DNA from: an uncultured Planctomycetia bacterium
Lineage (GTDB): Bacteria; Omnitrophota; Gorgyraeia; VGKH01; JBHPFN01
Direction of reading: 5' to 3'
Assembly: GCA_964406665.1 (NCBI GenBank)
Contig: CAYOSQ010000002.1
Span: 3,598-67,597 of the forward strand
Length of the DNA: 64,000 bases
This document shows positions 56,893 to 64,000 of this stretch, piece after piece (the first letter of the stretch is position 1; every line of letters starts with the position of its first letter). Made by a program: the position numbers and the translations under genes. A model generated the notes under the pieces. It was not told the origin of the DNA. It ran no database searches and worked only from the letters and a program-made list of their open reading frames with translations.

Positions 56893-57331
56893 TTATTATG
56901 TCTACTTTTCCACCGGTTTTTTTAACTTTTTCCAGCGCATTTTTTGATGCTTGATGGACTTTTATTTCTATTGCCTGCTTGAGTTCTCCCACTCCTAGCA
57001 GTTTTATTTTCTGCTTTTTATTTTTTATAATTCCGTAAGACAAAAGTAAATCTGGTGTAACTACAGTATCTTCTTTTTTAAGCTTATCAAGGCTTGCAAT
57101 ATTTACTAATTGAAATTCTTCGTTTTTATGGTTAAATCCTCTTTTGGGGATTCTTCTGATTAAAGGAACCTGTCCACCTTCAAAGCCTAAAATTGTTCCT
57201 CGACCGGAACGTGCGTTTTGTCCTTTTTGTCCTCTGCCAGAAGTCCTTCCATGACCAGAAGCATGGCCTCTTCCAAAAAGCTTTACTTTTCTATTGGCTC
57301 CTTTGGGAGCTTTTAAATTATGCAGACTCAT
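56885..57331 (-). CDS. rplO: 50S ribosomal protein L15
   Basis: Gly/Arg-rich N-terminus; position in the operon. Confidence 0.95.
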   Translation of the reverse strand: MSLHNLKAPKGANRKVKLFGRGHASGHGRTSGRGQKGQNARSGRGTILGFEGGQVPLIRRIPKRGFNHKNEEFQLVNIASLDKLKKEDTVVTPDLLLSYGIIKNKKQKIKLLGVGELKQAIEIKVHQASKNALEKVKKTGGKVDIIND

Positions 57332-57842
57332 CTTCTTTTTCCTTGAGTTCTTGTTCTTGCGTTTTGATTTCTTCCGTTGGCGCTTCCACAGCTATGGGCT
57401 TCAGTCTTCCGAGACCATTGAGCGTAGCTTTAATTACATTAATAGGATTGTTGGTTTTTAAACATTTGGTGAGGATATCTTTTATTCCCACAGCGTCACA
57501 AACAGCTCTAACCGGTCCTGAGGCGATAACTCCAGTACCAGCAGCAGCAGGTTTGAGTAATACTTTTGCAGCACCATAGTGCCCAAGAATTTCATGTGTG
57601 ATGGTTGTCTTGCGCATTGGAACAGCAAACATATTCTTTTTTGCGACTGAAAGACCTTTTCTTATGGCATCAGCAACTTCATTGGCCTTGCCTAGTGCCA
57701 TTCCTACATTACCTGAGGCGTCACCGACAACAACTAATGCGCTAAAAGATAGTTTTTTTCCACCCTTTGTTACTTTTGTAACTCGGCTTATTTTAATAAT
57801 CTTTTCTACAAATTCACTTACTTGAAAATCTGTATTAGCCAT
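57318..57842 (-). CDS. rpsE: 30S ribosomal protein S5
   Basis: S5 dsRBD and C-terminal domains plus an acidic tail. Directly abuts rplO with no rpmD (L30) between. Confidence 0.95.
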   Translation of the reverse strand: MANTDFQVSEFVEKIIKISRVTKVTKGGKKLSFSALVVVGDASGNVGMALGKANEVADAIRKGLSVAKKNMFAVPMRKTTITHEILGHYGAAKVLLKPAAAGTGVIASGPVRAVCDAVGIKDILTKCLKTNNPINVIKATLNGLGRLKPIAVEAPTEEIKTQEQELKEKEDESA

Positions 57843-58207
57843 TAGAATTTTAACCCTTCTTTTCTAGCTGCTTCTGCTAAAGCTTTTACTCTTCCGTGAT
57901 ATAAATATCCACCTCTATCAAAAGCAATCTTTTCTATTCCTTTTTCTTTTGCTTTTTTAGCAATTATTTGTCCTAGCACAGCTGCAGCTTTTGCATTTCC
58001 ACCGTATTTCAACGTTGATTTAATTTCCTTGTTTAGCGTTGAGGCGCTTATAATAACCTTTCCGCTAGTATCATCGATGATTTGAGCATAAATATTTTTT
58101 AGAGCCCTGTATACATTTAAACGAGGTTTTTCAGGAGTTCCCACAAGTTTTTTCCTGAGCCTTTCATGCCTTATTCTTCTGACTGGTTTTCTTCTAGTAT
58201 TTTTCAC
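57842..58207 (-). CDS. rplR: 50S ribosomal protein L18
   Basis: Sequence pattern. Confidence 0.95.
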   Translation of the reverse strand: MKNTRRKPVRRIRHERLRKKLVGTPEKPRLNVYRALKNIYAQIIDDTSGKVIISASTLNKEIKSTLKYGGNAKAAAVLGQIIAKKAKEKGIEKIAFDRGGYLYHGRVKALAEAARKEGLKF

Positions 58208-58221
58208 GATAATCCCTGATT

Positions 58222-58761
58222 TTATTTAGTTACTGCTTTTCCTTGTTTTCTTCTTACGTATTCACCAACGTATCTAATGCCTTTACCCTTGTAGGGTTCT
58301 GGTTTACGGATTATTCTAATCTCAGCGGCAACTTGTCCCACGCGGGCTTTATCAATCCCTTCAATGACTATTTGAGTAGGCTTTGGTACTGTAACCTTGA
58401 CATCATCGGGTATTGCATATTCTACTGGATGAGAAAATCCAAGCTGAAGGTTTAAATTCTTTCCCTGTAGTTGAGCCCTAAAGCCTACGCCATTAATTTC
58501 TAGTTCTTTTTTGTAGCCCTCAGTTACTCCTGCCATCATATTAAAAATGACAGTTCTGCTAACTCCGTGTAAAGATTTCTGAATCTTAGAGTCGTCTGAT
58601 CTGGTTACTATAACAGTATTATCGGCAACTTCCGCCTTGATTCCGCTTGGAAGCTCAAACTGTAGTTTACCCTTAGGCCCCTCAACATTAACTAGACCAT
58701 TATTGTTTGCAACTTTAACTTTATCGGGTATTTGTACTGGAACTTTTCCTATTCTTGACAT
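58222..58761 (-). CDS. rplF: 50S ribosomal protein L6
   Basis: MSRIGKVPV... Confidence 0.95.
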   Translation of the reverse strand: MSRIGKVPVQIPDKVKVANNNGLVNVEGPKGKLQFELPSGIKAEVADNTVIVTRSDDSKIQKSLHGVSRTVIFNMMAGVTEGYKKELEINGVGFRAQLQGKNLNLQLGFSHPVEYAIPDDVKVTVPKPTQIVIEGIDKARVGQVAAEIRIIRKPEPYKGKGIRYVGEYVRRKQGKAVTK

Positions 58762-58767
58762 TTTAGT

Positions 58768-59166
58768 CTACCATATATTGCAAAGTACTTCTCCGCCAAT
58801 ATTTTCTTTTCTTGCTTGTTTATCTGTTAAGATACCTTTGTTTGTTGACAAAATAGCAATACCCAATCCGTTTAGAACATAAGGAATCTTATGTTTATTG
58901 ACATATATCCTAAGTCCTGAACGAGACACTTTTTTTAAGCCCGTTATCGCAGAAACATGTTTTGAATCGTATTTTAGATAAACTTTAATTTTTCCCTGTT
59001 TGGTGTCTTCGATTGATCTGAAATTTTCAATGTAACCCTCTTTTTTTAAGATGTCAGCGATAGAAAGCATCATTTTAGAAGAAGGCATTTCAACCGAGAC
59101 TTTGTTTACTCGGGAAGCATTTCTAATCATTGTTAGCATATTTGCAACGGAATCTGTAAGCGACAT
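58768..59166 (-). CDS. rpsH: 30S ribosomal protein S8
   Basis: MSLTDSVANMLTMIRNA... Confidence 0.95.
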   Translation of the reverse strand: MSLTDSVANMLTMIRNASRVNKVSVEMPSSKMMLSIADILKKEGYIENFRSIEDTKQGKIKVYLKYDSKHVSAITGLKKVSRSGLRIYVNKHKIPYVLNGLGIAILSTNKGILTDKQARKENIGGEVLCNIW

Positions 59167-59181
59167 AATTTCTCCTAAATA

Positions 59182-59367
59182 TTACCAGCTTGCTTTTTTT
59201 ATGCCAGGAATTTGCCCTTTCCAGGCGAACTCTCTAAAGCAAATTCGACAGAGTTTAAATCTTCTAAGAAATCCTCTTCTTCTACCGCAGTTCCCACAAC
59301 GATTGTAAGCTCTTGTGCTGAATTTTGGTTTTCTCTGCCATCTAGCAATTTGTGACGTTTTTGCCAT
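59182..59367 (-). CDS. rpsZ: 30S ribosomal protein S14 type Z (zinc-binding)
   Basis: 61 aa; [20 protein letters not shown]. Confidence 0.95.
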   Translation of the reverse strand: MAKTSQIARWQRKPKFSTRAYNRCGNCGRRRGFLRRFKLCRICFREFAWKGQIPGIKKASW

Positions 59368-59380
59368 TTTTTTCCTTTAA

Positions 59381-59923
59381 CTAATTTTTAAAAGGCATTC
59401 CGAAAAGCCTTAAAAGCTCCTTAGCTTCTTCATTGGTTTTAGCACTTGTAACTATGCAAATATCCATTCCCTGAACACGATGAATTTTATCATATTCTAT
59501 TTCAGGAAAAATAGATTGGTCTTTTAATCCTAAGGTGTAGTTGCCTGCACCATCAAATGCTTTTCCGGAAACACCAGAAAAATCTCGAATTCTAGGCAGA
59601 GCAGAATTGATCAACCTGCCTAAAAATTCATACATGATAACTTTTCTAAGAGTAACTTTGCATCCAACAGGATTTCCATCCCTAATTTTAAAATTAGAAA
59701 TAGCTTTGCGAGCTCTGCATATAACTGGTTTTTGTCCAGTGATTGTAGAAAGTTCTTTCATGGCGTCTTCAAGAATTTTAATATCCTGACTTCCTTCGCC
59801 AACACCCATGTTTACGATAACTTTTTGAAGCTTCGGTACCTGTAGCCGGTTTTTGTATCCGAACTTTTTTACCATTTCCGGTACTATTTCACTTTTATAT
59901 TTTTCTAATAAACTAGCAGTCAT
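59381..59923 (-). CDS. rplE: 50S ribosomal protein L5
   Basis: Sequence pattern. Confidence 0.95.
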   Translation of the reverse strand: MTASLLEKYKSEIVPEMVKKFGYKNRLQVPKLQKVIVNMGVGEGSQDIKILEDAMKELSTITGQKPVICRARKAISNFKIRDGNPVGCKVTLRKVIMYEFLGRLINSALPRIRDFSGVSGKAFDGAGNYTLGLKDQSIFPEIEYDKIHRVQGMDICIVTSAKTNEEAKELLRLFGMPFKN

Positions 59924-59925
59924 GA

Positions 59926-60237
59926 TTATATAACCTCACCGCATTTTCGGCATAATCTAGCTTTAGAGCCATCATTTAATTTCTTCGCACCGATCCTTGT
60001 TGGTTTATTGCAATGTTTGCATAATAGCATTACATTTGAGATGTTCAGTAAAGATTCTTTTTCTACAACGCCAGCTTTTTGATCTTCTCGTGTGCGTCGC
60101 ATATGCTTTTTTACAAGATTAATTCTTTCAACAAGAATGCGTCCTTTTTCGGGGATAACTTTTAAAACCTTACCTTTTTTACCCTTATCTTTTCCTGTCA
60201 TTACCTGTACTGTGTCTTCTTTTTTTATTCTAAACAT
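59926..60237 (-). CDS. rplX: 50S ribosomal protein L24 (KOW), with CxxC...CxxC substitutions in the C-terminal region
   Basis: KOW motif [11 protein letters not shown]-terminus [11 protein letters not shown]...[10 protein letters not shown], where typical L24 has DPKTGK...V.KKSGE. Confidence 0.9.
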   Translation of the reverse strand: MFRIKKEDTVQVMTGKDKGKKGKVLKVIPEKGRILVERINLVKKHMRRTREDQKAGVVEKESLLNISNVMLLCKHCNKPTRIGAKKLNDGSKARLCRKCGEVI

Positions 60238-60238
60238 T

Positions 60239-60607
60239 TTAAAGCACTTCCGGGGCTAAAGAAATTATTTTCATGAAGTCTTTGTCTCTTAATTCTCTTG
60301 CGACTGGACCAAAAACTCTAGTACCTCTTGGATTATTTTGCGCATCAATAATTACAATTGCATTTCTATCAAATCTTAGATAGGAGCCATCACAGCGTCG
60401 GATTGGCTCTTTAGTTCTTACGATAACACCTTGGACCTTTTCTCCTTTTTTAACTGCAGAATTGGGTGCGGCTTCTTTAATGTTTGCAGTTATGATGTCA
60501 CCTATCTCAGCGTATCTTCTTCCTTTTCTTCCTCGAACGCCTATGCAAGATGCTTTTCTTGCACCGGTGTTATCTGCGACATCTAGGACTGATTTCATCT
60601 GTATCAT
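60239..60607 (-). CDS. rplN: 50S ribosomal protein L14
   Basis: [16 protein letters not shown]... Confidence 0.95.
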   Translation of the reverse strand: MIQMKSVLDVADNTGARKASCIGVRGRKGRRYAEIGDIITANIKEAAPNSAVKKGEKVQGVIVRTKEPIRRCDGSYLRFDRNAIVIIDAQNNPRGTRVFGPVARELRDKDFMKIISLAPEVL

Positions 60608-60611
60608 GCTG

Positions 60612-60875
60612 CTATTTCCTTTCGGCTGTCAAGATTTCTACAAGACGCCAACGTTTCTCTTTAGATAATGGTCTAGTTTCTGAGATTTTTACTCTATCTC
60701 CAACTTTAGATGAGTTTTCTTCATCGTGAATCTTGAATTTGCGCACTAGTTTTACTACTTTTCCATATAGTTTGTGTTGAGTGGTATCTCTTACTTCAAC
60801 GACACGAGTTTTATTCATCTTATCGGATACAACAATGCCGATTCTTTCTTTTCTTTTAGTTCTTTTCTGTTCCAT
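60612..60875 (-). CDS. rpsQ: 30S ribosomal protein S17
   Basis: Sequence pattern. Confidence 0.95.
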   Translation of the reverse strand: MEQKRTKRKERIGIVVSDKMNKTRVVEVRDTTQHKLYGKVVKLVRKFKIHDEENSSKVGDRVKISETRPLSKEKRWRLVEILTAERK

Positions 60876-61056
60876 CTTTTTCCTTTTTCACAGTCTTGAT
60901 TCTAGCTATGTCTTTTTTGAGTTGTTTGAATACATGCGGTTTTTCAACACGACCGAATTTTCTCTGATAGTTGAGGTTAAATAGTTGTTGCTTTAGGTCG
61001 TTTTCTTTTATGTCTAATTCTTCTTTTGTTAAGTTTCTTATTTCTTCAGTTTTCAT
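60856..61056 (-). CDS. rpmC: 50S ribosomal protein L29
   Basis: Sequence pattern. Confidence 0.9.
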   Translation of the reverse strand: MKTEEIRNLTKEELDIKENDLKQQLFNLNYQRKFGRVEKPHVFKQLKKDIARIKTVKKEKDGTEKN

Positions 61057-61071
61057 TATTTCCTCTATTAT

Positions 61072-61488
61072 CTACGTATGTGAGCGTGAAACAAATTTTG
61101 TTCGAACAGGTAGTTTATATGAAGCTAGGTTAAATACCTGACGCGCCAGTTCTTCAGGAATTCCACCCAATTCGAACATAATGCAACCTCTTTTCACTAC
61201 AGCAATCCAGTGGTCAGTTTCACCCTTTCCTTTACCCATGCGAGTTTCAGCAGGTTTTTTGGTTACTGACTTATCTGGAAAAATTCGTATCCAAAGTTTT
61301 CCGCCGCGGCGTAATCTTCTAGTTAGCACAACTCTAACAGCTTCGATTTGATTGTTCCTTATCCAGCCATTTTCTAAAGCTTTCAAACCAAATTCACCAA
61401 AACTGAGAGTACTGCCTTTAGTTGCTATGCCTCTCATCTTGCCTCGATGAACTCTTCTGTATTTCACTCTTTTTGGAATAAGCACCAT
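61072..61488 (-). CDS. rplP: 50S ribosomal protein L16
   Basis: Sequence pattern. Confidence 0.95.
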   Translation of the reverse strand: MVLIPKRVKYRRVHRGKMRGIATKGSTLSFGEFGLKALENGWIRNNQIEAVRVVLTRRLRRGGKLWIRIFPDKSVTKKPAETRMGKGKGETDHWIAVVKRGCIMFELGGIPEELARQVFNLASYKLPVRTKFVSRSHT

Positions 61489-61499
61489 TACTTTTTACC

Positions 61500-62165
61500 T
61501 CAGCTTACGGTTTTTTCTTCCGTAACTTCTTTCTTGCTTAGGATTGAATCACCCTTATAAATCCATGTTTTTATACCAATTTTTCCGTATGTGGTTCTTG
61601 CTTCTGTAAATCCATAATCAATGTCAGCGCGAAAAGTTTGAAGAGGGATTTTTCCTCTTTTGTAAGACTCTTTTCTGGACATTTCTTGTCCGCCTAATCT
61701 TCCTGAACACATTACTTTGATACCTTTCGCCCCTGCGTTTATAGATTGTTCAATAGCGCGTTTCATTGCGCGACGAAATGCGATACGCTTTTCAAGCTGC
61801 AAAGCAATATTCTCTGAAACAAGTTGTGCTTCTAGGAATGTATTTTTGATTTCCACAATATCAATAGCGACATCTCTTTTAATAATTCCTTGAAGATCGT
61901 CTCGTAGTTTTTCAATATCTACTCCACGACGACCGATTATCATACCTGGCCTCGCTGTTCTAATTCTGATTTTTGTTCTGGAGGTTAATCTTTCAATTAT
62001 AATATGAGCAATTGCTGCTTGATAGAATTTTTTCTTAATATGATCTCTAATCTTAATATCTTCATGAAGATTAGCAGCAAAATCACTTTTTTTCGCAAAC
62101 CAAAGACTTTCCCAGGTTTTATTTATTCCAATTCTTTGTATTAATGGATGAACTTTTTGTCCCAT
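61500..62165 (-). CDS. rpsC: 30S ribosomal protein S3
   Basis: KH domain and S3 C-terminal domain. Confidence 0.95.
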   Translation of the reverse strand: MGQKVHPLIQRIGINKTWESLWFAKKSDFAANLHEDIKIRDHIKKKFYQAAIAHIIIERLTSRTKIRIRTARPGMIIGRRGVDIEKLRDDLQGIIKRDVAIDIVEIKNTFLEAQLVSENIALQLEKRIAFRRAMKRAIEQSINAGAKGIKVMCSGRLGGQEMSRKESYKRGKIPLQTFRADIDYGFTEARTTYGKIGIKTWIYKGDSILSKKEVTEEKTVS

Positions 62166-62177
62166 AAACTCACCTTG

Positions 62178-62507
62178 TTATTTAATATCTAGTTCAATTT
62201 TAATGTGTGAAGTTCTCTTTCTGATTCTATTTGCTCTTCCGAAAGGAACGGCCCTAAATCTTTTCCACATTGGTCCTTCGTCTGCAACTACTTTAGAAAT
62301 ATATAGTTGTTCAGGCTGAAGTCCCTTTTGTTTAGCATTGCTTACAGCTGAACGTAAGATTTTTTCAACAGAAACTTTTGGTCTAGTATTAATACTACCT
62401 AGCGTTGCTAAGGCAGCATTAATTTCTTGTCCTCTGATTAGGTCAATTAGTAGCCTAGTTTTTTTAGGTGATACTCTTATGAACTTTCCGCTTGCTTTAG
62501 CTATCAT
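62178..62507 (-). CDS. rplV: 50S ribosomal protein L22
   Basis: Sequence pattern. Confidence 0.95.
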   Translation of the reverse strand: MIAKASGKFIRVSPKKTRLLIDLIRGQEINAALATLGSINTRPKVSVEKILRSAVSNAKQKGLQPEQLYISKVVADEGPMWKRFRAVPFGRANRIRKRTSHIKIELDIK

Positions 62508-62791
62508 GTTTTATCTGCTGCTTTCTTAGCTTTAACTCCACCATGTTTTCTAAAAATTCTAGTTGGCGCGAATTCGCCTAATTTATGTCCAACCATGTTT
62601 TCTGTGATGAAAACGGGGATGTGCTTGCGCCCATCGTGTACAGCAATTGTGTATCCAACAAAATCAGGTATTACCATTGATCGTCTGGACCATGTTTTTA
62701 CAGGTTGTTTCAGGCCTGTTTTGCGCATTTTCTCAACTTTTTTAACCAGACTTTCTTGTACAAATGGTCCTTTTTTCAGCGATCGCGGCAT
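62504..62791 (-). CDS. rpsS: 30S ribosomal protein S19
   Basis: [11 protein letters not shown]... Confidence 0.95.
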   Translation of the reverse strand: MPRSLKKGPFVQESLVKKVEKMRKTGLKQPVKTWSRRSMVIPDFVGYTIAVHDGRKHIPVFITENMVGHKLGEFAPTRIFRKHGGVKAKKAADKT

Positions 62792-62792
62792 A

Positions 62793-63626
62793 TTAGTTCC
62801 TCTTTTTAACTATAAGTTTGTCTGAATACTTAGTACGTTTACGAGTTTTGTAACCTTTAGTCGGCTTTCCCCAAGGTGTCACCGGGTGAGGATTTCCTTG
62901 TCCAGCTTTACCTTCGCCTCCACCGTGAGGGTGGTCATGGGGATTCATTACAACACCTCTAGTCTGTGGTTTTCTACCTAGCCATCTGGCCCTTCCGGCT
63001 TTTCCGAGTTGAATAGAGCTATGTTCAGTATTTCCTAGTTGGCCGATAGTAGCTGTGCATTCCTGGCTGAAGATTCTAACTTCGCCAGAGGGTAAGCGTA
63101 CTTGTGCAAAATTATTTTCTTTAGCAACAATTTGTGCAGATGACCCCGCACTTCTTACAATCTGGCCGCCTCTGCCCTGAGCCAATTCTAAATTGTGAAT
63201 AGATGTTCCCAGAGGAATATTGCGTAAGGTTAAACAATTTCCAGCCTTTATTTCTATATCAGATTGTCTGCTGCTTATTACTTCATCTCCAACCTTTAGT
63301 CCTAGAGGTGCGAGAATATAATTCTTTTCTTTGTTGGGATATTCAATTAAAGCTATTCTACTAGAGCGATTTGGATCATATTCAATAGCTATAACATTTG
63401 CAATAGTATCTATTTTATTTCTTTTGAAATCAATTATTCTGTACATGCGTTTATGACCGCCAGATTTTGCCCTAGCAGTTATGCGTCCGTACATATTTCT
63501 TCCACCAGATTTTTTGAGTGGTTCAAGTAGGCTCTTCTGTGGTTTTTTCTTAGTAATATCTTTAAAATCAGATATTATCGTTTTTCTTAAAGATGAAGTT
63601 GTTGGTTTGAATCGTCTTACGCCCAT
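62793..63626 (-). CDS. rplB: 50S ribosomal protein L2
   Basis: 277 aa; conserved His-containing C-terminal region. Confidence 0.95.
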   Translation of the reverse strand: MGVRRFKPTTSSLRKTIISDFKDITKKKPQKSLLEPLKKSGGRNMYGRITARAKSGGHKRMYRIIDFKRNKIDTIANVIAIEYDPNRSSRIALIEYPNKEKNYILAPLGLKVGDEVISSRQSDIEIKAGNCLTLRNIPLGTSIHNLELAQGRGGQIVRSAGSSAQIVAKENNFAQVRLPSGEVRIFSQECTATIGQLGNTEHSSIQLGKAGRARWLGRKPQTRGVVMNPHDHPHGGGEGKAGQGNPHPVTPWGKPTKGYKTRKRTKYSDKLIVKKRN

Positions 63627-63904
63627 TATGTTACCTCTATTGAGTTTCCTTCTTTTAGTGTTACAACTGCTTTTTTCCAGTCAGGGGTTTTACCTTGTTG
63701 ATAGCGAACTCTTTTTAATTTTCCGTGCACAATCATCGTATTGACGCTATCTACTTTTACTTTGTAAATTTCTTCAACCGCTTTTCTTATCTGAACTTTG
63801 TTGGCTGCCTTAGCTACTAAAAATAAATATTTTCTTTCAGCTTCTAGGTCTGTTCCTTTTTCAGTGCGAATTAAAGTATTTATAATATCATAATTATTAA
63901 TCAT
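63626..63904 (-). CDS. rplW: 50S ribosomal protein L23
   Basis: Sequence pattern. Confidence 0.95.
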   Translation of the reverse strand: MINNYDIINTLIRTEKGTDLEAERKYLFLVAKAANKVQIRKAVEEIYKVKVDSVNTMIVHGKLKRVRYQQGKTPDWKKAVVTLKEGNSIEVT

Positions 63905-63907
63905 TTT

Positions 63908-64000
63908 CTATCTCAATCTTTGAATTATTTTTTTCAATGCCGACTTTGTTATGAGGATTTTTTTATGTCTTAAAACATCATAAGCCGTTGCTTCTTGAGC
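63908..64000 (-). CDS. rplD: 50S ribosomal protein L4, C-terminal fragment (5' end is outside the window)
   Basis: In-frame ...AQEATAYDVLRHKKILITKSALKKIIQRLR* ending 3 nt before the rplW start. Confidence 0.75.
   Translation of the reverse strand, partial: AQEATAYDVLRHKKILITKSALKKIIQRLR

Noticed and set aside
1-64000. CRISPR arrays, IS elements, integrases and prophage genes
   Set aside because: No direct-repeat/spacer periodicity, no transposase or integrase-like ORFs, and no terminal inverted repeats seen anywhere in the window.

Overview
This 64 kb window is AT-rich (roughly one-third GC) and very gene-dense. Nearly all genes lie on the minus strand, and most neighbouring genes overlap by 1-4 nt or are 3-20 nt apart, so the genome looks streamlined. 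The envelope is Gram-negative in type: gmhA/rfaE heptose genes, an LpxL-like acyltransferase, TonB, AsmA and SPOR proteins are all present.

Reading left to right, the content is:
- A degraded-looking polysaccharide-export pair at the window start, made of an outer-membrane beta-barrel fragment and a short Wza-like Poly_export protein.
- An orphan DUF134 regulator gene with a sigma70-like promoter and a perfect palindrome at its transcription start.
- A compact SOS cassette, lexA-orf95-dinB, whose promoter carries an 18-bp perfect palindrome in the spacer that is a candidate LexA box.
- Tandem CorC/CNNM transporters, an AsmA-like protein and an ICMT/PEMT-family methyltransferase.
- An 1123-aa glycoside-phosphorylase-like protein preceded by a translationally coupled 50-aa membrane microprotein.
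- Flavin-reductase, NIL and DUF4416 genes, then two PilZ proteins flanking a zinc-ribbon protein.
- An ExeA/MshM-like ATPase with its membrane partner on the plus strand.
- A long minus-strand operon: aroB, an S2P protease, an SH3 protein, a SPOR protein, a GAF-HD-GYP protein, a dGTPase-like protein, a HIT protein, a YfcE phosphoesterase, a DUF234 AAA ATPase and a LysM-M23 peptidase.
- tRNA-Gly(CCC), followed by thiC embedded in a heptose operon (gmhA-rfaE-orf145-thiC), then pfkA.
- Two Asp23-family genes downstream of accB and accC, then efp, pepP and aroQ.
- An unannotated Trm112-like 51-aa ORF, then DUF1844, a Memo-like protein, TonB, cobO, pcm, glycosyltransferases and an LpxL-like gene.
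- A standalone lipoyl-domain protein with lipB and lpd, then mdh, an IDH/IPMDH-family gene, and leuD and leuC interrupted by pilT.
- An aminotransferase, then the complete alpha, spc and S10 ribosomal cluster from rplQ to rplD, ending in a partial rplD at the window edge.

I found no CRISPR array, transposase, integrase or prophage genes.
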